DNA of 64,000 nucleotides. Origin: Octopus sinensis (taxonomy: Eukaryota). The stretch lies in NCBI RefSeq assembly GCF_006345805.1, contig NC_043000.1:137144001-137208000 (forward strand), written 5' to 3'. Position 1 is the stretch's first letter, and each line of letters starts with the position of its first letter. The translations under genes were made by a program, and so were the position numbers. A model generated the notes under the pieces. That model did no database searches. It had not been told where the DNA came from and saw only the letters and a program-made list of their open reading frames with translations. Positions 1 to 13,835 of the stretch are shown here, one piece after another.

Positions 1-149
1 GATGTAAACACACCATCACCGGTCGTCAGTCGGTGAGTGGGACAAATACAGACACAAAGATACACGTACACAAATATATATATATATAAATAAACGAAAA
101 ATTAAATGTAGGCATAAATTAAATTACTTATATAAGTTTAGCTAATTTG

Positions 150-600
150 TGTATATATATAAAGGGAAGCTTTACGGAAATAAACAAAAGACGAAGGCAG
201 GTGGAGTACAAACAAACAATTGTGTTAGTATGGCGCTCAGGAATAGAAATAAAACAAGTCTTTTACGTTTCGAGCCTACGCTCTTCAACAGAAAGATGCA
301 CAGAAAAGAAATACGGAGAGAAACAAGGAGAGAAAAAAAATGCGTGCAGGAGCTAACGACTCAACATGGCGGTCTGATTTCAGCCAGAAGTCAGAGATCA
401 GACGCTTGACGCAAGAGGGATAGTAGGGGAGATAACAGGGTCAAATGACCTCGCCCCAACATAAGGGTGCGTGTGTGTATGAGAGAGTATGTATGTGCGT
501 ATTCTACCAATACCACTACCAACTCTTACCTCTGCATTGGATTTTTCTTACCTCCTGGATACTTACCTCTGGATGCACCTCTCTTTCACGGATCAAAGTG
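150..600 (-). mobile_element. Penelope-pLTR-like non-coding element with minimal HHR variant (259-296)
   Basis: Minus strand TCTTT-CTGTTGA-A-GAGC(GTAG)GCTC-GAAA-CG-TA-AAAGA; homologous to 2514-2720; starts in a TA tract. Confidence 0.6.
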
Positions 601-1489
601 ACTTTGTTATTATATATATAAACCCTGTTTTATGTTACTAATTGTAGTAATTATAGTTTGTAGTAGTAAAATGTGTATAAATTAGCACGAGATTGTATAG
701 TCTATATTAAATAATCAGAATAAGTTGAAAATTAAATGTTTATAAAATAAATTAATGAATTAATGAAAATAGATTAAATTATAGAAATTTAGCTTAATTT
801 ATGTTTATTATATTATGTATTTCACGTAATTAGCATTTAAAATATTTAGACTTTACAATTTCTCCAGTTAATAGTATATTAAAGTTAATTTTTTTCCTTA
901 TTCTTACAGCCAAAATACATTTGTAATTTTAATAGCTTTAATACATCTATTTCTTATATAAATTCTATTTACGCCATATTTTCACGCGATATATTTCTTA
1001 TATTTCTAATAAACGCTAAGTTTGACGTTTCATGTTTAAATTGTTAGTTAACGATAATCCTTCGACAAGATAAGTTATATTTATATTTTAAGAACTATTG
1101 TTAAATGTTTTTCGATTATTTATAGTTAATATGCGTATTTATTTATATATTTCTTTGATAATTAGTATAAATTAAGATAAGTACATTTATTCTATTATCA
1201 TTTCTTATTTTTAATTAGTTATTATCTTAGACTTCATGAGTGACTATATTTTTAGATAGAATTAATTTTAGTTCGATTAAATTTTGAATCGAATTGATTT
1301 TATTATTATCATCTATTTGAAAATATAGCCATGAAACGTACGTAGTCTTTTTACTACAATTTACAATTTTTTTGTACTTTATTTACCTAAAGTAAGTTTT
1401 TTTACAGTATATGTTTTCTATATGGTGTGAATAACATCTTTCTTTATTGAATTGTTCAATAGTGGTTTTTCTCTAAATTATATACATAA

Positions 1490-1533
<44 letters not shown>

Positions 1534-1832
1534 ACACGCACACACACACACACGCACACACACACATATTATATACGATAGGATTCTTTCAATTTCCGTC
1601 TACCAAATCCACTCACAAGGCTTTGGTTGGCCCGAGGCTATAGAAGGTGTCACGCAGTGGGACTGAACCCCGAACCATGTGGTTGGGAAGCAAACTTCTT
1701 ACCACAGAGACATACCTGAGCATATACATACAATTTGTAATTAACGGCTTATCTCACCCACTGGCGTAATATAGTAAACTGCTTGTTCATTCTTTCGTGG
1801 TCAAAATCATCCAACAATAATGAATCAGTCAT

Positions 1833-2230
1833 AAGGTGGCGAGCTGGCAGAAACGTTAGCATGACAGGCAAAATGCTTAGCGGTATTTCGTCTGTCGTTA
1901 CGTTCTGAGTTCAAATTCCGCCGAGGTCAACTTTGCCTTTCATCCTTTCGGGGTCGATTAAATAAGTACCAGTTACGCACTGGGGTCGATGTAATCGATT
2001 TAATCCGTTTGTCTATCCTTGTTTGTCCCCTCTGTGTGTAGCCCCTTGTAGGTAGTAAAGAAATAGGTATTTCGTCTGCCTTTACGTTCTGTGTTCAAAT
2101 TCGCCGAGGTTGACTTTGCCTTTCATCCTCTCGGGGTCGATAAATTAAGTACCAGTTGCGTACTGAGGTCAATCTAATCGACTGGCCCCCTCCCTAAAAA
2201 TTCGTGTCTTGTGCCTAGAGTAGAAAAGAA
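1833..2230 (+). mobile_element. tRNA-related SINE family A, dimeric body
   Basis: Head GGCGAGCTGGCAGAAACGTTAGC, B-box-like GAGTTCAAATTCC, conserved GCCTTTCATCCTTTCGGGGTCGAT; the body restarts at GGTATTTCGTCTG near 2065. Confidence 0.85.
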
Positions 2231-2480
2231 GTAGTAGAGTGCAGTGATGTTGCAATCAGTTTTTGTGACAATCACGACTTGCTTCGCGGTTTAAAGCAGC
2301 ATTTTAAAATGCAGTAAAAATAGCTACAACTAGGAATGGAAACCAATTCGTCATCCATTTGAATCTCCTGTGGAAATTCTCACAGCTATACTTGTCCCAC
2401 ACACGCACACAGGCACACACAGAGAGGCACACTCACATTAATACATACATTCATATATTTATGTTATGTACATACATATA

Positions 2481-2513
<33 letters not shown>

Positions 2514-2515
<2 letters not shown>

Positions 2516-2720
2516 CGGGAAGCTTTATGAAAATAAACAAAAGACGAAGGCAGGTGGAAAACAAACGAACAATTGTATTAGTATGGCGCTCAGGAAATAT
2601 AAATAAAACAAGTCTTTAACGTTTCGAGCCTACGCTCTTCAACAGAAAGATACACAGAGAGAGAAAAACACAGAAAGAAGGAGAGAAAAAAAAATGCGTG
2701 CAGTAGCTAACGAATCAACA
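2514..2720 (-). mobile_element. Second copy of the 150-600 family, HHR variant at 2613-2650
   Basis: Closely similar to ~160-360; (TA)n on both sides. Confidence 0.65.
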
Positions 2721-2732
2721 TATATATATATA

Positions 2733-2975
2733 TGTGTGTGTCGGTGGCACATAAAAAACACCATCCGAGCGTGGCTGTTCGCCAGCCTCGTCTGGCACCT
2801 GTGTCGGTGGCACATAAAAAACACCCACTACACTCACGGAGTGGTTGGCGTTAGGAAGGGCATCCAGCTGTAGAAACACTGCCAGATCTGACTGGCCTGG
2901 TGCAGCCTTCGGGCTTCCCAGACCCCAGTTGAACCGTCCAACCCATGCTAGCATGGAAAGCGGACGTTAAACGAT
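2733..2975 (+). mobile_element. 3' part of a SINE with (ATG)n tail
   Basis: GTGGTTGGCGTTAGGAAGGGCATCCAGCTGTAGAAAC block, internal duplication of TGTGTCGGTGGCACATAAAAAACACC, ends GGACGTTAAACGATGATGATG. Confidence 0.75.
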
Positions 2976-2998
2976 GATGATGATGATGATGATGATGA

Positions 2999-3043
<45 letters not shown>

Positions 3044-3088
3044 TGTATGTACGTATGCATGTATGTATGTATATGTATGCGTGTAAAT

Positions 3089-3600
3089 ATATACAGGGTG
3101 TGGTGAATAAATTGTCGCCTAAATTACGCAAAAATGAAAATAACACTGGCATCCCGTTTTAACAGATATATTTACACCAAAACTACAGAAGAATATATTG
3201 AAATACTAAAGAGTAAATTTATTCAATAAAATCGCCATTGGCTTCAACCACGGCCTCCAGTTTACTTCTGAATCTTCTGCAACGCTTCTGGACGATCTCC
3301 TTGTTTAATTTGGTGAATGCTGCCATAATCCTTGCCTTCAGTTCATCTTTGGTGTTACAAGGAGTTTTGTTGGTCTCTCGCTCAACTGAGCCCCACTCGT
3401 AATAATCAAGGGGCTCGCAGTCTGGAGAGTTAGGTGGCCCGATGTTAGGGGTAATGTGGTCACAGAGATTGTCTGTCAGCCATGACTGGGTTTCCTACAT
3501 GTGTGACATCGTTCAGATCCTGTTGACAGACATAGGGTCTTCCAGCCGCCACCCTCCTGACGCAGGGCAGCACTTCCTCCAAGCACTTGACGTGGGCCCT
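3089..3600 (-). pseudogene. Tc1/mariner-superfamily transposase C-terminal relic with one terminal repeat
   Basis: Minus-strand translation ...SWLTDNLCDHITPNIGPPNSPDCEPLDYYEWGSVERETNKTPCNTKDELKARIMAAF...LEAVVEANGDFIE*; TA-CAGGGTG end at 3089. Confidence 0.85.
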
Positions 3601-4128
3601 TTATTTTACCCTTTATTATTATCGATAATATAATTCTCTCCCTGATAATAAACTACAGTTTTTTCTGTAGAATCTTTTTACTCGACAACACACGTGGATG
3701 GGTGAGGGAGAATACGAGACCTCATTCGTATGTTTTGAATTCGTTGGTACTGGTCATTGGATATAGTTTGTCAGATATTACTTGAATCAGATAGGTATGT
3801 TCAAATTTTTTCAGTGCTCTCAAAATTAAAATTTTGAAATGCCGAGCTGAGGAGGAAAATGATCGAATGACAGTGTGACTTTTGCATTTTTCATATCAAT
3901 CTAATTCCGAAACGCGTCCACAGGTAATCAAATACCGAGTGAATTTCGTTGTTTTTTTCTCTCTGCCTACGTGAATCGTTTTGAGAATATGTTGTCTGAG
4001 AGTTTCTTCTTATAGTAGAAGAAATAGCTAAGTTTCTTTGGCTGCTATTTCTAAAGTTCGGTATGTGGTGAAGCAAATTTTTTTGCTGAAACCTATTTAT
4101 AATTATACTGATAATTATAAAAAATATT

Positions 4129-4183
<55 letters not shown>

Positions 4184-4187
<4 letters not shown>

Positions 4188-4390
4188 AAGTTAATCCAAA
4201 CATGAAAACACAAAGAGAAAACACAACAACGCGAGGACGTGGAACAAGTATAGTATTATTGGACGCTCAGGAAAGAAGGGGGGTTTAACGTTTCGAGCGG
4301 AGCTCTTCGTCAGAAACATAGGAAAAGGAAAGATCCAAAGAAGGGAAGACGGAGGAAAAGAATCGCCAACGGTACACACGCGGTCACATT
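4184..4390 (-). mobile_element. Related pLTR-like family, HHR variant at 4283-4317
   Basis: Minus strand GTTT-CTGACGA-A-GAGC(TCC)GCTC-GAAA-CG-TT-AAAC; abuts (TA)n. Confidence 0.65.
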
Positions 4391-4459
4391 ATGTGCTTGT
4401 TTGTGTATGTGGTAGCAGATAATTTTGACTGAACCAAGGAAAATATTTCCATTAGTTGT

Positions 4460-4535
<76 letters not shown>

Positions 4536-4859
4536 CATGCACGCACTGATACACACGTACACAGACACACACACAATAAAATTAAGGCCGTGACAAACGA
4601 TGAAAGATCACTTTGGCAGTGCGCTAGAACACACAAGCGCAATTTCGGCCACCCCACTCATATGCCAGCGGAACATATGGTGTATGACAGATATGGTGTA
4701 TGAGAAATGGTACTAGGTACGTATTTTATTGATTAAGAAAGGATGAAAGGCAATATTGGGAATGACAGGATTTGAACTTATAACACTGAGAGCCGGAATA
4801 AATATCAGAAGGCATTAATGCATTCTTTACGATGCTCTGATGATTCTGAATATCGAACG

Positions 4860-5252
4860 ATGTATGTATATATGTGTGTATGTATGTATGTATGTATGCA
4901 TGTATGCGTGTATGTATGTACGTACGTACGTATGTATGTATGTATGTATGTACACAAACATGTATGTATATATACTCACATGTGTACTCACACATATAAT
5001 ACATATGATATATATACATACGTATATATGTATATATATATAATATATAATATATAATATATATATATAATATATATATATATATATGTATACATATATA
5101 TATACATACATACATATATACATACATATATACATACATACATATATACATACATATATACATACATACATATATATATGCATATATGTATACATATATA
5201 TATATGCATATATATATATATGCATATATATATATGCATATATATGTAAGCA

Positions 5253-5285
<33 letters not shown>

Positions 5286-5320
5286 GTATACATATATATA
5301 TGTATACAATATATATATGT

Positions 5321-5359
<39 letters not shown>

Positions 5360-5408
5360 CATATATATATTTATATACACAAATATATATATACATATAT
5401 ACAAGCAC

Positions 5409-5467
<59 letters not shown>

Positions 5468-5560
5468 TATATACATATATATATACATATATAATATATG
5501 CTTACACAGACATATGCACATATACACACGCTTACATTCATATATTCATGCGCATATGCA
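4860..5560. repeat. Complex (TA)/(TATG)/(TACA) microsatellite
   Basis: Direct reading; source of the long Y/I/V/M ORFs. Confidence 0.95.
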
Positions 5561-5958
5561 GATACACACCGATAGGTTATGGGCTTCAACACGCATGAGT
5601 TGTGTTTCATCAACCTGCATGCTTTTATGCCTGATACGTAACAGAAGAAAGTTGCGGCTGAATTGAAAGGAATAAGATATAATATTATAAAACATTCTTG
5701 CCACGTTTCGATATCGTTTCTCATGTATCAATGCATCGGACATGTCTCCCGTTTAATGTTCACAAAACAAATTTGTATGAAGCCGTAGTAACAACAAGCC
5801 AGTCTCACTCTCACACTTTCTGTTGCACACGCATATACCCACAGTGCGCTGACACATGCACCTATGTATGTATGTATGTATGTATGTATGTATGTATGTA
5901 TGTATGTATGTGTGTATGTATGTAGTACGTATATATGTATGTGTTTCTGTCTGTCCGT

Positions 5959-6027
<69 letters not shown>

Positions 6028-6045
6028 CATATGTTTCTCTGCCTG

Positions 6046-6076
<31 letters not shown>

Positions 6077-6467
6077 GTTTCTCTGCCAGTCTATCTATTT
6101 ATCTATTGTTTTATAATCCCCTGAAAAATGGTAAAAAATGCAAGAAATTTTCTAAAACACGTCAATGATGAGAACTATTACGTAATATTTTTATATTTTA
6201 ATGCTAGGACCCATTCTTCTGGAAATCTACGAAGATTTGCAGAGAGCTGATGTCACTGCTCTCCAAAAATTTTCTCCGTGACACTGACATCTACCATCTT
6301 TGATGAAGGCTCGAAAAGAGCCGAAAATCAATTAAGGCCATTCAGCTTTTTAATTTAGGGGCAAATAGGCAAATTTCTTGTGTTTGTATGTTTTATACTT
6401 AGGGTTACATATGATATATCATACTTCAATACGTTGAGGACAAGGTTTCTCGTAGTCGGGCCACTTA

Positions 6468-6841
6468 TCTATATTTATATAAAGCTGAAGTTGTCTGTGT
6501 ATGGAAGGTTTGGTAGCCTTCAACTAACTCTATCTCCTCCGAGACCCTGCGGCGCAAGTTAACCAACATTGAGAGTATGATAGAAGAAGGCTTGCTCTTC
6601 ATTCAAATCGGACCATCTTAAGACCAAAAATTATTTACATTAAAAAGGTACTTTTTTCTATGAAAATCCCTATTTTTTACGAATTTTTGACTGCTGTGTC
6701 GCCATTTTTCGGTGTATTTCAACCAGAAAAAGGTTCACTTAAAGAGAATAACAAGCTACATAATGCGAAATTTTACTTTTCAAAAATTCCAATTCTAAAG
6801 GGTCGAAACAAACCCGAGCAATGCCGGGCGATACTGCTCGT
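6468..6841 (+). mobile_element. Helitron-like non-autonomous element
   Basis: 5' TCTATATTTATATAAAG; subterminal hairpin CCCGAGCAATGCCGGG (6813-6828); ends TGCTCG-T. Confidence 0.6.
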
Positions 6842-7639
6842 ATTAAATAAAGTATAAACTAACTATTAACTGATCTTACGTCATACATACGTTATATAGT
6901 GTAAAGTAGCAAGCTGACTGAAGCGTTAGTTATGCGGCGTTTTGCTCAGGGTCTGTGTTAAAATTCTGACTACGTCAACTCTGCCTATATTAGGGTCGAT
7001 GTAATCGACTTGCTTTTTTGCACAAATTTCAGGCGTTGTGCTTATAGTAGAAAGTCTTATTTTTATTTATTGTGAAGGCGGGGATCTGGCAGAACCGTTA
7101 GTACACTGGACAAAATGCGTTGAGGCATATTTTTCAGAGCTTATGTTCTGAGTTCAAATTCAGCTGAAATCGACTTTGCCGATAACATATATATATATAT
7201 CAGACAAGTATTAGCGCCGATAAAATATATATTAGATAAGTACTGGATTCAATGTAACCGACTTACTTTTTAGCTCAAAAGCTGCTGGCCCTGTGAACAG
7301 GGCTAGCAGTTTATGTTCTCAAATCCCATCTCCACACTTCTCTACGCTCGAATCTCACACAATTGGCTTTGCTCTCTTTTTTTAAAGATTTTATCCAATT
7401 TGGATCGATCAGTCAAGAAGTTGGACCCTGTATAATTTAATGTGCCTAGCCATGAAGGTTTTAAGAATTTCTCTTAAAATATAATTCCGGTTTTCTGTTT
7501 TAAAGTGGATGGGAATAGCTGAGTTTTAACTAATACTCGTAATCAGAGCTTTGACATTTTTTTTACAAAATTATTACTGGATGATCATGCAGATATGTAA
7601 TCTATGAACTAATACATATAAAAACGATAGCGATAAAAA

Positions 7640-7862
7640 ATATCCTGAAGCCATATAGATTCGCACGACCAGTTTCTCGGTTTCCGTGGCGTATATATTC
7701 CCAACCTGAACAGGATGCCGATCCGTCACAGGATTACTTATATAGGTCAGCCGAGTGGAGTGGAGCAATATGAATTGAAGTGTTTTGCTCAAATACAGGA
7801 ATCGAAACTACAATGTTACGATCCGAGTTCAAAACGCCCGACCACTTAGCCGCACGCTTCCA
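7640..7862 (-). mobile_element. Diverged family D SINE
   Basis: GAAGTGTTTTGCTCAA...GGAATCGAAAC...CCACTTAGCCGCACGCTTCC. Confidence 0.7.
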
Positions 7863-9559
7863 TTAAGAGTTACTATAAAAATTAGTTATTAAAACACCTC
7901 CTAGAAGGGATCGTTTACGCCTCGACCTGATAAAATAGCAATACAATCCCACTAAAATCACATCTTTCTCTCTTAAAAGAGGTAGGACATAACAGATAAC
8001 GTGATCCTAGATAGATTAAGATAAGATAAAAAGACATGATGGCAGCATAGCCTTTAATCATCAGCTTGATTCTTCAGTGTTATCATGGGGTTCAAACTAT
8101 AGCATGAAAGTCAAAGAAACATAGACAAAATACAAAGAGACAAGCAGCAGATATTTGCCAGTAATGGCGTAGATCATTCCATATAAAAATCCTTAAAATA
8201 GATGGCTAAATATAAATTATTCAACGTTAAATTTGGACATAGGATAGGATGTTCTGAGAAATTGATATGGGATTTATAATGTGCAGCAAGTGTCATGGGA
8301 TGTATTGATAAGCTATTGGGAATCTCTCTTAACATACTATGCCCACAGAAGGAAATTTAAAAAAAAAAAAAAACCGCCATTGATCTTTTATAGTGTGTGA
8401 TATAAAGATTCGCTCGTATAAGGATCAAACGTTTTGCTGAGCTCACGTTTCTGTACTAATAATGTATTCGGCAGCATACGTGTGTGCATACGCAGGCTAT
8501 TCATTTACAAGTTAAAGTGACAAACAGTGAACATTTAAACACAAGAGGATCAGGCTATCCTAAGGTATTTCTTAGGAAATGTTCCTGCGTACCTACCTAC
8601 CTACCTACCTACCTACCTACCTACCTACCTACATACCTACCTACCTACATACATACATACATACCTACCTACCCACATACATACATACATACATACATGC
8701 ATACATACCTACCTACAAACATACATACATACATAAATACCTATATATATATATCGAAAGTCTTCGAGGAATAAGTGTCAAAATTTGACATCCACAAATA
8801 TAATCAAAACCCTAGAGCTCCAAACTTTACAAAAACGCGTGACTAACTAGGAATTCTTTGCTTACCTTAAGGACAGGTAAACCCAGTACTGTGTGCCTTT
8901 AGCATTTACAAACTTGACAATTTGTAAGCAAATAAGCAAGGTTTTCTTCTCAATGACACATCAACTGGTAGCAAGCCAAAATCTCTAATAAATCATTATT
9001 ACCAAATGACAAGCAAACTGAATTTGCTGCTACCAATATATTGATAAAATTGTCGGAATTATTTAAGTAAAAATGAAGTATTGTACCTTCCTAGTTCATA
9101 TTCCAGGTAAATTTGAAAATAAAGGATGACTTAAGTAAGGAAAAAACACATCGTTACACACACACACGTGCACACATACACATACTCACACGTTCTTGCG
9201 TAAAATCACTACGACTCAATAAAAGGACGTAATACAGAAAAAAGTAGAGGGTATTTATATTTAAATGGATACTTTGAAATTATACAGTTGTGTTGAAACA
9301 CTTGTAAGGCTCTGATCAGAAATACTTTCTGATGCGACATATTCTGACCTTCAGAGATTAATCATTTCCCTTACACAGGATTGCTAAGCTTTGGTTTAAC
9401 AATCATGAACCAGGGTATTAGTGAAGCTTCTAGTTTCAGTATCGATGGTCATACCCTGCGATTGGTGGATAGAAATTCTTACTTAGGACTGAAGGCTTCC
9501 AAGCCCCATTACTGGACCTGGGGAAAGTTACCACTGTCATGACCAAATTTTCCAAAAGA

Positions 9560-10000
9560 GTGTGCGAAAATAACAGGCTCATCACAACCACCCAAATTGC
9601 ACTGTACTGAGTTCTCTTTCCTCGATGAGAGAGAGCTAAACAACATATATACAACACGAGCACCCCCTTAACAGAAGCTATTTGCAATATCTACATCGGA
9701 TCTTAGGCCTATACTAAGAGAACTGAGTGCCAAGTAAGGACTTATTGAACCAGGCCACAATGTCAAACATGTGTATCTTACTTATTACGCCTGCCGCATG
9801 AAGGATGGCGGTATCCCCAAGGATATCTTTTCATGGAACAGACCCCGGATTCAGGTCAGTAAGACACCTACCATTGCTTTTCGGAGGCGTTTGCAAAATT
9901 GCTCAGATGAGTGAGAATTAAATGCATCAGAAAAGTTACGAATCGTTGTAACCAATGCAAGAATGCGTGTGAAGAGGTGATTGCCACTGGAAGAGAATTT
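9560..10000 (+). pseudogene. RTE-clade LINE ORF C-terminal relic
   Basis: VCENNRLITTTQIALY..., CRMKDGGIPKDIF... match the RTE C-terminal pattern (VWENxKL..TK..VY; HV.RM.DGRIPKD); many stops. Confidence 0.7.
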
Positions 10001-10184
10001 AACCCAGCTGTATTTGAATAAAGGAATGAAAAAAGGGATAGCCTCGGCACCAATCTCCCAACCGAACCGTGTTCATCCGTGCCAAGGACCACCACTTAAA
10101 GAATTGGGTTGTTCGGTCATGAATGATGTTGCTTCTACGTTTGAATTGGGGCGCGTCTACTGCCTACTCAGACAAACAGTCATT

Positions 10185-10238
<54 letters not shown>

Positions 10239-10475
10239 TGCTGAAAAGGTAAAAGGTCACCGGAACGTCTCGGAAGTCCAAGAAGTAAACTGAAGTATAA
10301 TATTTCCTGTTTCTATGTGTTGTTTATTCTAAAAGTCTCGCTTCTCCGTTTGTTTAATTAACATAGATATATCGTGAAAGCACCGAGTGAACGGGTCGTT
10401 GTGCACTCTGTTTGAATATTTCGGGCTGATGAACTGAAAAAATTTTACACCGTAAGTTCATGTGAGTCTGTCTAC

Positions 10476-10965
<490 letters not shown>

Positions 10966-11124
10966 TAAGTAGTGCGTATACACCCCCAAACACATGCATA
11001 CACACACACACACACACATACCGGCGCACACACTCACACGCACAAGTGCACATACACGCGCACACATGCAACGGTAATCGGCTTTTCGTACTTTTTAAAT
11101 GCATAAGTATGTATGTTGGATATA

Positions 11125-11165
<41 letters not shown>

Positions 11166-11419
11166 ATGTGTGCATATGTGCATGTGTGTGTGTGTGTGTG
11201 CGCGTGTGTGTATGTGTATGAATAGTATATTGTAAGAGTTGTAAAATGTTTTGGTTTCAAATATTGGTATAGGGGCTAGCGATTTCATGGTGAGGGAGTA
11301 CGTTGATTATACCGACCCCCAGTCCTGAACTGGTACTTATTTTATCGGTCCTGAAAAGATGAAAGGTGGAGTCCACCTCTGCGGAATTTGAACTCAGGAC
11401 ATAAACAGGTGTAAAGAAT

Positions 11420-11820
11420 CAGGAGGGCTGTGTGGTAAGTAGCTTGTTTACCAACCACATGGTTCCGGGTTCAGTCCCACTGCGTGGCACCTTGGGCATG
11501 TGTCTTCTCCTATAGCCTCGGGCCGACCAAAGCCTTGTGAGTGGATTTGGTAGACGGAAACTGAAAGAAACCCGTCGTATATATGTATATATATATATAT
11601 GTATGTGTATGTGTGTGTGTATTTGTGTGTCTGTGTTTGTCCCCCTAGAATTTCTTGACAACCGATGCTGGTGTGTTTATGTCCCCGTCACTTAGCGGTT
11701 CGGCCAAAGAGACCGATAGAATAAGTACTGGGCTTACAAAGAATAAGTCCCGGGGTCGAGTTGCTCGATCAAAGGCGGTGCTCCAGCATGGCCGTAGTCA
11801 AATGACTGAAACAAGTAAAA
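11420..11820 (+). mobile_element. tRNA-related SINE family B (~400 bp, internal TA/TG microsatellite, CORE-like CCTTGGGCAAGTG block)
   Basis: GGCTGTGTGGTAAGTAGC...GGTTCCGGGTTCAGTCCC...GCCGTAGTCAAATGACTGAAACAAGTAAAA. Confidence 0.85.
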
Positions 11821-12298
11821 AAAATATGGATATTTTACATAGTGCAAACGTTATTTAATATTGAACTCAATACACTGGCTAAAGTAGATAGATATGTTTA
11901 TCGCGACAAAAGTTGGCAATCCTTTCTGAATTCTACCCCAGACTGGAGCAGAATGCCAACAAGGGTGTGGATGAGGGAATGAAGAATGATTAAATTATTT
12001 GCGGTTTACATTTGTCTGGGCTGACTTTAGATCGGTTTGTATGGGTGGGATGATCTGTCTCAAGTCCACTGTATATTCACATGTTTATTTATATACTATG
12101 TGTACTTTATTTAGCGGCATTTCGTCCGTCTTTATTTCTGATTTCAAATTCAGCCCAGGTCGACTTTGCCTTTTATCCCTTCGGGGTCGATAAATTAAGA
12201 ACCAGTGAAACACTAGGGTCGATGTAATCGACTACTCCCCTCTCCCAAATTGTGCCGATAGTAGAAAGGATTATTATTATTATTATTATTATTATATA

Positions 12299-12705
12299 GG
12301 CGTAGAAGTGGCTGTGTGGTAAGTAGCTTGCTTACCAACCACATTAATCCGGGTTCAGTCCCACTATGTGGCACCTTGGGCAAGTGTCTTCTACTACAGC
12401 CTCAGGCAGACCAAAGCCTTGTGAGTGGATTTGGTAGACGGAAACTGAAAGAAGCCCGTGGTATATATGTATATGTATATAAATGTGTGTGTTTGTGTGT
12501 CTGTGCTTGTCCCCGCCCCCAACATCACTTGACAACTGATGCTGGTATGTTTACGTACCCGTAACTTAGCGGTTCGGCAAAAGAGACGGATAGAATAAGT
12601 ACTAGGCTTACAAAGAATAAGTCCTGGGGTCGATTTGCTCGACTAAAGGCGGTGCTCCAGCATGGCCACAGTCAAATGACTGAAACAAGTAAAAGAATAC
12701 AAGAG
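12299..12705 (+). mobile_element. SINE family B
   Basis: Full-length match to 11420-11820. Confidence 0.9.
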
Positions 12706-13449
12706 TATTATTATTATTATTATTATGAATATTTTGCAAATAATGTAAGTGTTAGTCAAGTACTAAGGTTGTTGTGATCGACTATACTCATCCACCGAAA
12801 TATTTGGCCTTGTGCCTAATTTGGAAATCATTATTATTATTTATCCCGTTCGCCTACAAAAATGTGTTTAATGCCAAGTAAATTGCAATATCAACATCAT
12901 CGTCATCATTATCGGCTGTAAGCAATAGGAGAAATATTTGCAGTAGCTGTCGCAGTAGATATAACAGCATCGGTGGTAACAGATTGCAAAAACATATGAA
13001 TGTAGTCAGCCAAAAATTTGACAGAAATTTTCTCATTGGCAGTGGGCCATATTTCGGTCGATTGGCTATCACGTCAGATAATTGCAGTCTTAAACAAAAA
13101 CAAATCTGTTTAAGAGACCAATTCTACAAAATGATGATCTCTTAGTGAAACTATATACTCTACAGACGATACAAAGAACTAATTTGACCCACTTCCAACC
13201 TAATAAATATATAAAGAGTGAATAGAACAAGAGAATAAATAAATAAATAAATAAATAAAAAAATCAAATCAATCAACCCTGCAGACATTTGTTGGTGAAA
13301 CCTTCTGCTCATGAAAACTTTTTCTAATTTATTTATTGATGATACAGTTTCAATAAATAAGATTTCTTTTTTCTAGGCATAAATACAGCCTTTGTTGAAG
13401 AAGTATCTGGTCAATTGAATTTATTCCGATATTTACTGGTACATGGTTG

Positions 13450-13835
13450 TTGGAAGCACTTCGTCGGTTACGACGACGAGGGTTCCGGTTGATCCGAATC
13501 AACGGAACAGCCTGCTCGTGAAATTAACGTGTAAGTGGCTGAGCACTCCAAAGACACGTGTACCCTTAACGTAGTTCTTGGGGATATTCAGCGTGACACA
13601 GAGAGTGACAAGGCCGGCCCTTTGAAATACAGGTACAACAGAAACAGGAAGTAAGAGTGAGAGAAAGTTGTGGTGAAAGAGTACAGCAGGGATCACCACC
13701 ATCCCCTGTCGGAGCCTCGTGGGGCTTTAGGTGTTTTCGCTCAATAAACACTCACAACGCCCGGTCTGGGAATCGAAACCGCGATCCTATGACCGCGAGT
13801 CCGCTGCCCTAACCACTGGGCCATTGCGCCTCCAC
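13450..13835 (-). mobile_element. tRNA-derived SINE family C with 12-bp TSD
   Basis: tRNA-like head GGAGGCGCAATGGCCCAGTGGTTAGGGCAGCGGACTCGC...GGTTTCGATTCCC on the minus strand; TSD TTACTGGTACAT at 13433-13444 and 13836-13847. Confidence 0.9.

Noticed and set aside
600-1440. Extremely AT-rich block with a partial repeat of 90-150
   Set aside because: Low-complexity similarity only; no boundaries or motifs to support a call.
4726-5598. Long ORFs of 100-210 aa (also 10354-11260, 33839-34522, 60818-61136 and similar)
   Set aside because: Translations of TA/TG/CTA/AAT microsatellites; no domain content.
13030-13080. ATTGG and CACGTCA motifs suggesting a CCAAT/CRE promoter
   Set aside because: Short motifs are expected by chance, and there is no gene start or CpG-rich context.
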